Virus record (IMG/VR): IMGVR_UViG_3300034190_001539
Span: 1-64,000 of that record
From: a virus
Direction: 5' to 3' (one strand)
Length of the DNA: 64,000 bases
Shown here: positions 17,974 to 28,179 of the stretch, in pieces
Numbering within the stretch: position 1 is the first letter of the stretch
Layout of the letters: the number at the start of each line of letters is the position of its first letter
Program-made: the position numbers and the translations under genes
The notes under the pieces: generated by a model
Databases searched by the model: none
What the model saw: the letters and a program-made list of their open reading frames with translations, nothing else
Told to the model about the DNA's origin: nothing

Positions 17974-20478
17974 TTACTCTGGAAACGCAGCGCCTGTTGG
18001 CAATACTGAGAAATCCAAAACAATGAACTCAGCCGTTCTAGTAGGTTGTATGAATATCTGTCCAACCAACTGATTTCTATCTACGACATCAGGTGTATTG
18101 TTGGAATCATCCATTACAACTTTGAATGCACTCAAACCACTATTGGATTGAACGGATTCTAAGAACGGATTTACTATATTTAGGAATCTAGCTCTTGTAG
18201 ATGAATCGTTTTGTTCAAATACTAAGAATCTACTTGAGGAAGCAATAAACTTCTTCAATCTGATTAATAGTCTACGAACATTGATTCTATCAAGTGCAGA
18301 TGGTTTAGCCTGTAGTGTCTTTTGTCCAAATACCACAACTCCTTGACCAGGAAATGAAGCAATCGGATTAACTCTACCCTCATAAAGTGTATCCCTATCA
18401 GTATGAGTAAGCTTCTTCTTAGTCATCCTAACATTAGATAATCCACCTCTGTTCAATCCAGCAGGAGCAAACCATTCGTGAGCTACACTATCTGTGAAAG
18501 CAATCACACCAGGTATTACTACTGATGGTGGCACCCAAACTTGACCATTTCCAGCAGGGTTTTCAATCTTAACCCACGGATAATAAGTAGCCACATAGTT
18601 TGTATCTAATCCGACAACATTATCAACTGCTGTTGCAACATTATCATCTATATCAGCACTATCTAATACATAAAAAGCATCAGCTCTTTCTTCAGCTTTA
18701 TCAATCGCATGATTTGAAACAACTGAGTGATGTTTATGGATAATACCTGGAGTTACGAGCATATTAATATCGTAATCATCAGGATTAGCTATAGCATTTA
18801 TCGCTCTTTTGTAAGCAATTGAACCACTAGCGGTTGTAGTTGAACAATCAAATCCACTTGTATTTGTAGATGAGATTGAAGTACCAGTGTTCTTTGAAGC
18901 CGCTGGATTTACACCATCAAAACCATGTTGCATTGGAACAGAAAACTTTAACTGCTCAGCGGATTGAGAAATTGTCAAAGTTTGTGTACTAATAGCAAAA
19001 TTAGTTTTATTTGAGTATTCAAAGGATGTAGTATCTCCATATCCAAACATATTTTCCAAAGAGAAATCAGCATTACCACCAGCCGTTTCATTATGTGAAA
19101 TTGGTGCTAAATAAGCATAGTTTGTTGATGTTTCACTGTTAGGATAATCAGGATGTAACTTAATACCGTAAGGAAGATACTCTTTGTATGTTCCAACGTT
19201 ACTTTTGTCACCATCGCTGGTTTGTGTTAGTGCGAATGACGCTGTTGGTACAACGTTTGCAGAAACAATAGGATCTAATACAGCAGCATGCCCCATAGGT
19301 TGTAAATTAGGATTACTTCTAAATAAATCCTCTTTATAATCACCTATACGAATAAGTTGAGATAAATTCGGATAGTCACCATATGTAGTAATCTCACCAT
19401 TGTTATTTACAGTCTGAAACATATCACCAATTACCTTTACTATGTAATTAGATGAATCAGGATCCATATTAAGTCCACTATAGCTTTCTAATGGTGCTGG
19501 ATTACCTGTTCGGTATACAGCGAGACCAAATTGTGCATAAGTTGGGCTTGAATTAGAACCTTGCGGTCTTTTGACATCTCTTATTACAACATAGTAATGA
19601 TTAGTTTCATTTCCATCTGCTCTCGTATAAACTCTAAACAGATTTGTACCACTACCACCAATTAATTGAGAATTAATGAAAGGTGTTCTAGCAGAGGAAG
19701 CATCTTTATTACCAGTATTGGTTATAATATAATTACCATTTGATGTATCGACTGTTTCTGTTCCTGTGGCAAAGTTGAATGTTGCATCTTCAGTAAACAT
19801 TTTGGCCTTATCTGCACTAGAAGCTATCATACCACCAGCAAGTGAAGCACTTACAGAGCTTTCAAAAAACTTATACATATATCCTGGAGCTTCTGTAGCA
19901 CCTATTGATTGTGCTTTAGGATCTGTAGGAACTTGCCTTAAAATATAATTACCAGATACAGCATCATTTTCTCCTGTAGCAGAACCTTTTGTTATTATCG
20001 AAAGATTCGTTAAACTAGCAGTCGCATTAGCACCAGCTAATTCTAATGTAAAATTACTAGCGCTTGTAGCACCTTTAATAGAACCACTTAAAGCGCCTGT
20101 TCCATTACTATTATTAATTGCTGGTAAAAATGAAGCTACAACTAATTTTCCATCCTCACCATAGTTGGCTGATGAACCACTAATAAGCAGATTAAATCCA
20201 CCTACTGAATATCCACCTATATATCCAACTTTTACTATTGTTACAGTTCCTGCGGAACGTAAATATTCTTTTACTGTATATGGTGTGTAATAATCCGAGT
20301 TATAAGATCCGAATATCTGTTCAAACTGCTCAAAACTTCTTATTATCGTGGGTACAAAGGAAGGACCTCTTACTGTTGGTCCGACAATTGCTGCCCCGAT
20401 TTCCGAAATTCCTTGCGGTAGAAAAGATAAATCTTTTTCTCGAGTAAATACACCAGGACTGACTATTCTCTCTGCCAT
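17974..20478 (-). CDS. gp18: Tail sheath protein (T4 gp18-like)
   Basis: SPGVFTRE.DLS N-terminus; YYPWV, WFAPAGLNRG, RDTLY...VNPI, GQKTLQ, LDRINVRRL, IQPTRTAEFI. Confidence 0.95.
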   Translation of the reverse strand: MAERIVSPGVFTREKDLSFLPQGISEIGAAIVGPTVRGPSFVPTIIRSFEQFEQIFGSYNSDYYTPYTVKEYLRSAGTVTIVKVGYIGGYSVGGFNLLISGSSANYGEDGKLVVASFLPAINNSNGTGALSGSIKGATSASNFTLELAGANATASLTNLSIITKGSATGENDAVSGNYILRQVPTDPKAQSIGATEAPGYMYKFFESSVSASLAGGMIASSADKAKMFTEDATFNFATGTETVDTSNGNYIITNTGNKDASSARTPFINSQLIGGSGTNLFRVYTRADGNETNHYYVVIRDVKRPQGSNSSPTYAQFGLAVYRTGNPAPLESYSGLNMDPDSSNYIVKVIGDMFQTVNNNGEITTYGDYPNLSQLIRIGDYKEDLFRSNPNLQPMGHAAVLDPIVSANVVPTASFALTQTSDGDKSNVGTYKEYLPYGIKLHPDYPNSETSTNYAYLAPISHNETAGGNADFSLENMFGYGDTTSFEYSNKTNFAISTQTLTISQSAEQLKFSVPMQHGFDGVNPAASKNTGTSISSTNTSGFDCSTTTASGSIAYKRAINAIANPDDYDINMLVTPGIIHKHHSVVSNHAIDKAEERADAFYVLDSADIDDNVATAVDNVVGLDTNYVATYYPWVKIENPAGNGQVWVPPSVVIPGVIAFTDSVAHEWFAPAGLNRGGLSNVRMTKKKLTHTDRDTLYEGRVNPIASFPGQGVVVFGQKTLQAKPSALDRINVRRLLIRLKKFIASSSRFLVFEQNDSSTRARFLNIVNPFLESVQSNSGLSAFKVVMDDSNNTPDVVDRNQLVGQIFIQPTRTAEFIVLDFSVLPTGAAFPE

Positions 20479-20524
20479 GTGTTTTCTCCTTAAAGGGTTT
20501 TAAAAATCATTGAAATTTATTATA

Positions 20525-20532
20525 TATAAATA
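20525..20532 (-). promoter_or_regulatory. Putative late promoter core upstream of sheath
   Basis: Sense TATTTATA about 47 nt upstream of the ATG. Confidence 0.65.
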
Positions 20533-20572
20533 TAATCAAAAAATCTCAAAATACAACCGATTGCTATTTTTT

Positions 20573-20878
20573 TTACTCTGCAGCTGCTATTTCTTGAGTT
20601 TCTTCTTTAGATGTTGGTGTAAAAATACCTGTTTTTGGATTTAATTGACCAGGGCCATACTTTTCATTCAACTCTTTAACCAAATCACGTTCCTTTTGTT
20701 GGGTTTCGGCATAATCTGATTGTAGTTGCATTTCACTTTCTTCAATCTGTTCTGCTCTTTGATTATTCACAAGCTTCTGTACTGAAACTTGCCCTAACAA
20801 AATCTGAATGTCTTGATACTTTTGACTTAAATCACTAAGAGACTTTAACTCTTCTTCCGTAAACTTAATTTCACTCAT
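20573..20878 (-). CDS. Small coiled-coil hypothetical protein
   Basis: 101 aa, AGGAG SD, heptad pattern ending in KYGPGQLNPKTGIF. Confidence 0.7.
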   Translation of the reverse strand: MSEIKFTEEELKSLSDLSQKYQDIQILLGQVSVQKLVNNQRAEQIEESEMQLQSDYAETQQKERDLVKELNEKYGPGQLNPKTGIFTPTSKEETQEIAAAE

Positions 20879-20939
20879 TACTTACTCCTATTAGTTCAAT
20901 AATAATATATATCAGATAAATATCTGAAAGTTAATTTTT

Positions 20940-23378
20940 TTAACCATTTGGCCATCTAATTTTGTCTTTATCAGCCCAATTATCAATATTTGTTATACCG
21001 CCTCTGAATTTATTAGGATGTCTTTCATCTTGCATTGATGGACTGTGAAATCCAAATTGTCCATCCCAATCATTACCACGTTTTTCATTAGCTTCAAAGG
21101 AAAAGTCAGCTGCTAACTCTTCAGGTGCAAACTTCATTCCGTTTTCTTCTAAATACTTTCTGTGGATTCTGCAGATAGCATCATCATCCGATGGATATAA
21201 ATCTATAACATCATCTTTTTGTACAAAGTCTAACATCTTTTTACTTATCAGACTAAATCCAGCATTCCCAACATTATTTTCTTCATACCACCACGGTGCG
21301 CCTATGTAATCATAGTTTAAGAACTCATCTTTCCAAGCCTTTGGATTTAAGATAAAGCCATCAAATTCTATATGTAAAATGTATTTAGTTTTGATGTAAG
21401 AATTCATTTTTTTCCACATAAAGTGTATTACATCTAAGTTTGATTGACAATGAGGAATTTTAATTATATCATCATTGTCTCTGTCCATAGAAGTAAAGAA
21501 TTTAACATCTCCAAATTGAGCATATATAGTAGAAATATTAACTGCTCTCAAAGCCCTTTCGTAGTCAATACAATCCACTATCACCAATGTCACATCTTTT
21601 AAATCTAGCTTTTCTTTTTCATACCACCATTCTTTTCCGTGATTATACTCTCTTCTCGGTGGATATTTTTTTACTATCTGTTCCATAGTTTTGTCTTTCA
21701 TTAGAAGTGATTCGTGTCTTGGAATCTCATCGTTATATTCACCTTGCCAAGTAGATTCTACTCCAAAATGTGTGCAACCACCAACGTAACAGGCTATAAA
21801 ATTATCTCTGTTTTGTTTACCACCACTTTCTTCGTGCCACCATTGTACCCACCAATCTAAACCTGCAAACCAAGCACAGTAGTCATTATTTGTTTTTGTC
21901 TCTGAATACAAATCTACATCTATCGGTAGCATTTTAAATAATTCATCACGTCTCATCATCATATTACCAGCTCTGGCAGTTTGTCTATATAACCAATTAC
22001 CATCTTTGTGTGTAATATCGTGTTCAGGTGAATTATAAAATGTTGCTATTGTTACATTATCTTCTTCATCTAATTTATCACATAATATAGATAATGGTTC
22101 GTGATATTGATTATCGTGGTCTGAAAACATAATGTATTGGCAATTATCAAAGAACCCACTTTCCCAAATTTTATTTGTTCCACCTCTTTGTCCTAAATTT
22201 TCATCAATAGAAATTATAGTTATATTATCATATTCTTTACAAACCTCAATTGCTTGTTCTTTCAAATCAGAATTATCAGATTGTTCTAAAACACAAATTT
22301 TATCATTAGGTTCTATAACTTCCATTAAAGAATCTAAAGTTCTTTTTAAATAATAAGGTTTATTGTAACTCAATAATTGTATAGCAACTCGTGTGGCATT
22401 TTCTCCTTTACCCCAACTATGAAATCCACCCGAAAAGAATTCGTGTTGAGTAAATTCTCCTTTTATCTTTCTATGTCCTTCTTTTTTTAAATCTACCCCA
22501 TCCCAATATTTTGTTTTGAAACCAAGTATTTCTTTTACTATATCAGCTGATGTTGCTTCTTCTATCTCTACATCTTTATCTATGATTCCATAGTATTCAT
22601 CTAATTGTGATTGTGAAGTAACTACAGGATTTTGCCAACCATCAAATGTAAAATTCATCATTTCAATTAAACCCAAAGGTAGTTTATTTTGTTGTTTATA
22701 AGAAATTGAATTAAATGAACTTTGTCTGTTTTTTTCTTCGACTCTCCATTGATCCATTTCATAATCATACTTATTTGAAGTAATTAAGGGAAATCTTCCT
22801 ATATCATATCTAGCGTATAAGTTTGGTATTGGTTCATCTATATATTCTTCAACACTATTTTGATTAATATCCAATACACCTTTGTTATAAGTTTCTGTAA
22901 ATTTTATGATTTCGTCTGTGTTTTGATTAGAAAAGTGTCCTCTATCGAATTCATCTGTAGCGATGAATAGTTTACATCCTGTATGTTTTTGGAATTTTTT
23001 ACAATACTCTAACCACTCACTAGCCTCTTCCCAACTCAATGTATCTAAAACTATCTGTACATTTTTACCTCTCAAATCATAATCATATCTTTTTAAAAAA
23101 TTGAATTCACCATTTTCAACTGAATATACTTTGAAAACCCAATCAGCGTGCCATTGAACCCAATTGGATTGCCATGAACCCATACCTACAAGTTGAAATG
23201 AATCCCAATAACACAATTGTCCTTTTTGGTTTTTTAAATATTGTTCTACATATAAAGTATAATATTTATCGTTAGTGTGTATACACCTAACTATAGGATC
23301 TTTAATTATTTTGATGTGATCTTTTCTTTCTTGCATAAATTCTCCCTCCCAAGGAGCTCTAATCGGCCTTCTTCTCAT
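20940..23378 (-). CDS. Multidomain glycosyltransferase: degenerate Aah/TibC-like N-region, GT2 domain, DUF5672-like domain
   Basis: YDLRGKNV...FQKHTGCKLFI resembles the N-region of the 1331-aa protein; LLSYNKPYYLKRTLDSL, ENLG and DHD (GT-A fold); C-terminal DGFILNPKAWKDEFLNYDYIGAPW...FGFH. Confidence 0.75.
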   Translation of the reverse strand: MRRRPIRAPWEGEFMQERKDHIKIIKDPIVRCIHTNDKYYTLYVEQYLKNQKGQLCYWDSFQLVGMGSWQSNWVQWHADWVFKVYSVENGEFNFLKRYDYDLRGKNVQIVLDTLSWEEASEWLEYCKKFQKHTGCKLFIATDEFDRGHFSNQNTDEIIKFTETYNKGVLDINQNSVEEYIDEPIPNLYARYDIGRFPLITSNKYDYEMDQWRVEEKNRQSSFNSISYKQQNKLPLGLIEMMNFTFDGWQNPVVTSQSQLDEYYGIIDKDVEIEEATSADIVKEILGFKTKYWDGVDLKKEGHRKIKGEFTQHEFFSGGFHSWGKGENATRVAIQLLSYNKPYYLKRTLDSLMEVIEPNDKICVLEQSDNSDLKEQAIEVCKEYDNITIISIDENLGQRGGTNKIWESGFFDNCQYIMFSDHDNQYHEPLSILCDKLDEEDNVTIATFYNSPEHDITHKDGNWLYRQTARAGNMMMRRDELFKMLPIDVDLYSETKTNNDYCAWFAGLDWWVQWWHEESGGKQNRDNFIACYVGGCTHFGVESTWQGEYNDEIPRHESLLMKDKTMEQIVKKYPPRREYNHGKEWWYEKEKLDLKDVTLVIVDCIDYERALRAVNISTIYAQFGDVKFFTSMDRDNDDIIKIPHCQSNLDVIHFMWKKMNSYIKTKYILHIEFDGFILNPKAWKDEFLNYDYIGAPWWYEENNVGNAGFSLISKKMLDFVQKDDVIDLYPSDDDAICRIHRKYLEENGMKFAPEELAADFSFEANEKRGNDWDGQFGFHSPSMQDERHPNKFRGGITNIDNWADKDKIRWPNG

Positions 23379-24972
23379 TTTTACTCCAATATAAATTATC
23401 CTCTACTATTAAATAATCAACAGTACCTTTTTTTAAATGTTCAAATGGTTGATTCAAATCAAATATAATTGGTTCTCCATGACCATTAAAAGATGTATTT
23501 AAAAGAACTGGTATTTTAGATATTTTATCATATTCGTTTAAGATGCTATGAAAAAACTTATTTCTTTCTTTAAAAACTAATTGTGGTCTCAGAGTATTAT
23601 CTACTCTATGAACTACAGCAGGTATTTTATCAATCCACTCATCTTTTACTGTATAACACATTGTCATAAACTCAGCAGTCATTTTTGATTTTGTATTTTT
23701 ACAAATATCATCTATCTTTTCTCCTAAAATAATCGGAGCGAATGGCATTATTTCGTGTCTTTCTAATCTGTCATTTAAAGTTTCGTGCATTTCTTTATCT
23801 GTGGCTCTAACTAATATACTTCTAGCACCCAATGCTCTAGGCCCGTATTCCATTTTTCCCTGAAAACAACCGATGATATTTCCATCATCTAATAATTGAG
23901 CAACTTTTTTAGGATTAAATTTTTCTTTTTGAAAATCCCATTCCTTTTCTTCTTTTTTTATTTCATCCTTTGTATAATGGTTTCCTAAAAACATATTTTC
24001 AAATCTTTTATTTTTCCACTCACCCAATTCTACTGATTTCATTATAGCTGCAGCTAGCGCTAATCCAGAATCACTCATAGCTGGGTAGACATATACTTCA
24101 TCAACCCAATCTAATTCATTTATTTTTTGATTTAATTTTACATTGGCAAAAATACCACCAGCAACTGCTACCCTTTTGTATTCAGGATAAAATTTATGTA
24201 AATCTTCTAAGTATTCTAAAAAAACATCCTCTGTTAATTTTTGTACATTGAAAGCCCATTCAGCTTTTATTTCAAAATTACTATTCCAATCATCAATGCT
24301 ATCTGTAATGTTTCCCATAAGAGTTTCTAATTTTTGCCAATTACCAACAGGACCGAAGCTTAAATCATTTGTATAATGTAATGTCTGTTTTAGTTTATTA
24401 TAAATTTTTTCATTATATTTTCCGTGTCCGGCCATACCCATAAGCTTTCCCTCATCTTTAAGAGAATGCCACACCTTTCCCTCTGGCGCAAACCAAGGTG
24501 TACAACGACCAAAAAACTGACCAATAGATGCTGATTTATCTTTTAATTGTTTATGTACTAAATGTAATTTATCATCATATCCTAAATAAACTCTACCAAC
24601 AGTTTTAAAACCACTTCCGTCGTGAGTAACAACTAAAGTCTTTTCTTTAAAGCCTGAAGTATAGTAAGCACCAGCAGCATGACATAAGTGATGTGGATAT
24701 GTAACAATCTTTCTTCTAATTTCATCTGATTTGTATCTATCAAAGTCTGGCTCTGCTACCTCTGCTATACATATATAATCAGAATCCTCTGTCTTATATC
24801 CAAAATCATTTTCTATTGTATCTAGAGCAAACCAAGGATAAACTCCACTAAGAGCAAAAGATTTAATCTTACGAATTCTTTCTTCTTCTATAACTATCTT
24901 TATATCACCATCCTCTATATAAGCCACACAAGAATCATGAGCATGCCCAATCAATCCAAATATCTTACTCAT
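23359..24972 (-). CDS. O-carbamoyltransferase (CmcH/NodU/TobZ family), complete
   Basis: HDS, EEER, HHLCHA, DGSG, EGKLMGMA, GGIFANVKLN, PAMSDSG, EYGPRALGARS, PFAP, LNTSFNGHGEPI. Confidence 0.95.
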   Translation of the reverse strand: MSKIFGLIGHAHDSCVAYIEDGDIKIVIEEERIRKIKSFALSGVYPWFALDTIENDFGYKTEDSDYICIAEVAEPDFDRYKSDEIRRKIVTYPHHLCHAAGAYYTSGFKEKTLVVTHDGSGFKTVGRVYLGYDDKLHLVHKQLKDKSASIGQFFGRCTPWFAPEGKVWHSLKDEGKLMGMAGHGKYNEKIYNKLKQTLHYTNDLSFGPVGNWQKLETLMGNITDSIDDWNSNFEIKAEWAFNVQKLTEDVFLEYLEDLHKFYPEYKRVAVAGGIFANVKLNQKINELDWVDEVYVYPAMSDSGLALAAAIMKSVELGEWKNKRFENMFLGNHYTKDEIKKEEKEWDFQKEKFNPKKVAQLLDDGNIIGCFQGKMEYGPRALGARSILVRATDKEMHETLNDRLERHEIMPFAPIILGEKIDDICKNTKSKMTAEFMTMCYTVKDEWIDKIPAVVHRVDNTLRPQLVFKERNKFFHSILNEYDKISKIPVLLNTSFNGHGEPIIFDLNQPFEHLKKGTVDYLIVEDNLYWSKNEKKAD

Positions 24973-26900
24973 AAAGCGTATTCCTTATTTATATCAACTG
25001 CAGTTTTGTATATTTCCATATCATCCCTATTTAGATTTTCTATAAATCCTCTATCTATTTTTTCATATTCTTCTTTATATAAATCCCACTTTGAGTTTTG
25101 TATAGTATTTTTAAAATCAGAATCTCCTGATTCTACATCGAAATATGGGTAATTAGAATCTTTTATTTTGACACCAAACATCTTTTCAAATTTTTTCAAA
25201 CTATCATTGTAAGATTCAGTAATTCCTATGAAATCTATTTTTTCAAAGTTTCCTTCAATATATTTACCATAAATATTTTTTGAAAATTCTAATTCACAAT
25301 ATTCATATAAACTTAAATCTTCTTCTATTATTTTATTTTGTATTGGATTGTGATGTGATGGTGAGCTTTTTAAAAAATAATATTCTGATATTAATCTGTC
25401 AATTGGATTTCTAAACCAAGTAACTAATTTATGAGAAGATAAGTCTGAATACTTACCCAATCTAAAATGTCCGTGTATACATTGAAAGTGTTTAGTATCA
25501 ACTGAGGGAGTTAATTCGTATTTATTCCAAGTTGGATGATCACCATAATCTTCATATAAAAGAAAATCTTCTTTTTTCGTAAAATATTTTTCATCATACA
25601 AAACTCTATCTCTTACATTTACCTTTGCATCTCTAGCTCCAAAAATATCATATAGTACATTTCTAAACAAATTACCACCAGTTCTAGGTATATGAGATGA
25701 TATTATCCTAAGCTTTGATTCTTCTTTTTTAGTATGAATTATTTCACCATCTTTTGGCATAGTCCATAAATCTTTATATTTATAATAATCCCACAATCTA
25801 TCATCATTGAATGGATATATCTCATCATTTAAAGCCATATCAATAGTTTCTTTAGATAGCGTAGGACATCTTTCAGTTCCCAAAGGGCTCATAGTTAAAT
25901 GTGATGTATCGGGATATAACCAACCTAAATGATTTATAGTGTCATTATATCCTGTTGTAGAGTTTTCACCCGCGCCTCCATTTGGTGATTCATTAGGAAA
26001 TAATGGTTGAAAATGTTTAACTCTTTCAAAATGTTTTTCTCCACAAGGTATAACTTCCATACGATTAGTTACTGTAAGTAAAGGTAATTGAACATAATCT
26101 GGATGAAATCCAGCAAATATAGTTTGTACACTACCTGCTTCTTTTAGTCTTTGTTTTTCTGGCAGTATTCCAATTGTCTTTAAACCTAATCCCTTTGCTA
26201 TATGATATATACTACTTTGTGCGCCTATGTATATAGGAAATTCAGCAACAAAGTCAATTAATTTATTTCTAGAAACATTTAACACATGCGTATCAGCTGA
26301 TTTAACGAGATAGTCATCGGATAAACCTAATTGTACACAACGATAAGTTTTTGATAAATGTCCAACCACTTCTTCTAATAAATCATTATCTCCAAATCTA
26401 CCACCAGTTTTACTATTTAGTGTAAACAATATAGTGTTCTTTCTCTTTTTAATATTTGGTGAAGCAAATAGTTTTGGTGTATAATCCTCTGTTCTTAATC
26501 CCCAAGTATTAGTACATCTCTGAATTGTTGTTCCAAAAGTTCCCATAGAACCCCATTTGTAATCGAAATTATGAGTACCATCTACATATGGATTGTGTTG
26601 AAATACATCAATAAACCACTTTGGTATAAATACTTTACATCCCTTATAATATATTTTTAATAACTCAGGCAGTCTAGTGTATGGAATAATATCACCAAAA
26701 GAAGTACCACGATCAGATCTGTAGTCTACTGCTATTTCGGGATGTCCTATATAAAAATTATAGTCATCAGGAACATGCGGCGGAAAACCTTCAAAATCTA
26801 ATATCTCTTCTTGAAAGTTTTTAACTTTCCAAAAGTCTTTTGTCTGATTAATATAATGAAGAATATCCCCATCGGTTTGTGGCTTTTTAGCTATATTCAT
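24969..26900 (-). CDS. GT9-like glycosyltransferase fused to a sulfotransferase
   Basis: FGDI...HNPYVD and YIGAQSSIYHIAKGLG (GT-B/GT9-like); C-terminal HIPRTGG (5'-PSB), HGHF and RNPIDRLISEY (3'-PB) sulfotransferase motifs. Confidence 0.8.
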   Translation of the reverse strand: MNIAKKPQTDGDILHYINQTKDFWKVKNFQEEILDFEGFPPHVPDDYNFYIGHPEIAVDYRSDRGTSFGDIIPYTRLPELLKIYYKGCKVFIPKWFIDVFQHNPYVDGTHNFDYKWGSMGTFGTTIQRCTNTWGLRTEDYTPKLFASPNIKKRKNTILFTLNSKTGGRFGDNDLLEEVVGHLSKTYRCVQLGLSDDYLVKSADTHVLNVSRNKLIDFVAEFPIYIGAQSSIYHIAKGLGLKTIGILPEKQRLKEAGSVQTIFAGFHPDYVQLPLLTVTNRMEVIPCGEKHFERVKHFQPLFPNESPNGGAGENSTTGYNDTINHLGWLYPDTSHLTMSPLGTERCPTLSKETIDMALNDEIYPFNDDRLWDYYKYKDLWTMPKDGEIIHTKKEESKLRIISSHIPRTGGNLFRNVLYDIFGARDAKVNVRDRVLYDEKYFTKKEDFLLYEDYGDHPTWNKYELTPSVDTKHFQCIHGHFRLGKYSDLSSHKLVTWFRNPIDRLISEYYFLKSSPSHHNPIQNKIIEEDLSLYEYCELEFSKNIYGKYIEGNFEKIDFIGITESYNDSLKKFEKMFGVKIKDSNYPYFDVESGDSDFKNTIQNSKWDLYKEEYEKIDRGFIENLNRDDMEIYKTAVDINKEYAL

Positions 26901-28176
26901 TAAAAGCTCCTAATATTTCTTTTTCATTATATTTTTTTCCCATAAAAGCACTTTCCTCTCTATTAGACAAGTTGAAAATTCCTTTTTTACTATGAAAGTT
27001 AAAGTAACCATAAAAAGCACATCCTAAACTTATACCACTATCATCAGCTGCTGGAACAAAAAAGTGATTATCAAAAATATCTAAATCTATTATTTTTTGA
27101 TTTGCCACAGAATTTAAGAAACTGCCACCTGCAGCACAAAAGTTTTTGACATCTGAAATCATTGAACACTTTTTAGCTAAAAATTCAACAACTCTTTCAA
27201 ATTGATTTTGTACAAACCAAGCATGATCTGCTTTAGATTGAAAATCATTTTCATATATAGTATCACTCATATAAGATGGTATTGGTGTATTTATATACAT
27301 TTCATCTAATTCTTCTTGTTCTTCATATGGGAGGTGTTCATGAGCCCTTATCAAATATTCACCAACCTTAGGATCTTTATCAATGTATACCATTGGTTCT
27401 TTATATTTTTGTTTAACTTTATCTTCATCTCCAAAGGGAGCTAATCCCATAAGTTTTCCAGCATCATCTCCAGTCAAACCTATGTGAATACAATTGTCAT
27501 AATACCACTCCCCAAGTGATTTTCCTAATCTATATCTAGTGCTAAAACCAGAACCATCTTTGTGTTTTCCTACTGTATTAAAATATGAGTAAGCTGCTTT
27601 GTATCGAGAGTATATTCTTTTGAATACACCTTTTTTAACTTCATAAATACTAGTAGCTTCAACACACTCACCAAGTCTTGTTTTTTGAGTATGTGCTATT
27701 TTGTTTTCTACAAAATCATCTACTGTTTGTTTGTAATTCATTTCACCAGCATTGTCAGCTACTAAAATAATAGATTCATCAAAACCACTTGAGTAATGAG
27801 TTGAGTATGCGTGTGCTAAATGATGTGTACAATAATTTAATCTATCATTTGGCAAATTATATCCATTTTTTTTCAACTTCTGAACTAAAAATCCGTCTAC
27901 ACTTATTTGTTGGTCTGGTGTTAAACCAATGCCATTCCAAACAATTCTATCTAAATCCATTTTCTGTATATTAGCATAGTCTAAACAATAGTCCATAGCT
28001 TTCCAAGGAAATTCTATTAATGAATAATCCCAATTATTTTCTTCTGGCGATGGATAGCCATTGTCATTTTTAATTCTAGTAATTCTTTCTAAATTTATAG
28101 AAACGAATACCTTGCCTTCTCTCAGTAAAGTAGCGCCAGATTGATGTCCTATGTTTACACCTAAAACCCAAGTCAT
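26887..28176 (-). CDS. Carbamoyltransferase N-terminal (Kae1-like) domain only
   Basis: HHLAHA, GKLMGLAPFG, AGGSFLNSVAN and PAADDSG present; ends at the interdomain linker with no GPRALG/LNTSFN domain. Confidence 0.85.
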   Translation of the reverse strand: MTWVLGVNIGHQSGATLLREGKVFVSINLERITRIKNDNGYPSPEENNWDYSLIEFPWKAMDYCLDYANIQKMDLDRIVWNGIGLTPDQQISVDGFLVQKLKKNGYNLPNDRLNYCTHHLAHAYSTHYSSGFDESIILVADNAGEMNYKQTVDDFVENKIAHTQKTRLGECVEATSIYEVKKGVFKRIYSRYKAAYSYFNTVGKHKDGSGFSTRYRLGKSLGEWYYDNCIHIGLTGDDAGKLMGLAPFGDEDKVKQKYKEPMVYIDKDPKVGEYLIRAHEHLPYEEQEELDEMYINTPIPSYMSDTIYENDFQSKADHAWFVQNQFERVVEFLAKKCSMISDVKNFCAAGGSFLNSVANQKIIDLDIFDNHFFVPAADDSGISLGCAFYGYFNFHSKKGIFNLSNREESAFMGKKYNEKEILGAFNEYS

Positions 28177-28179
28177 TTA

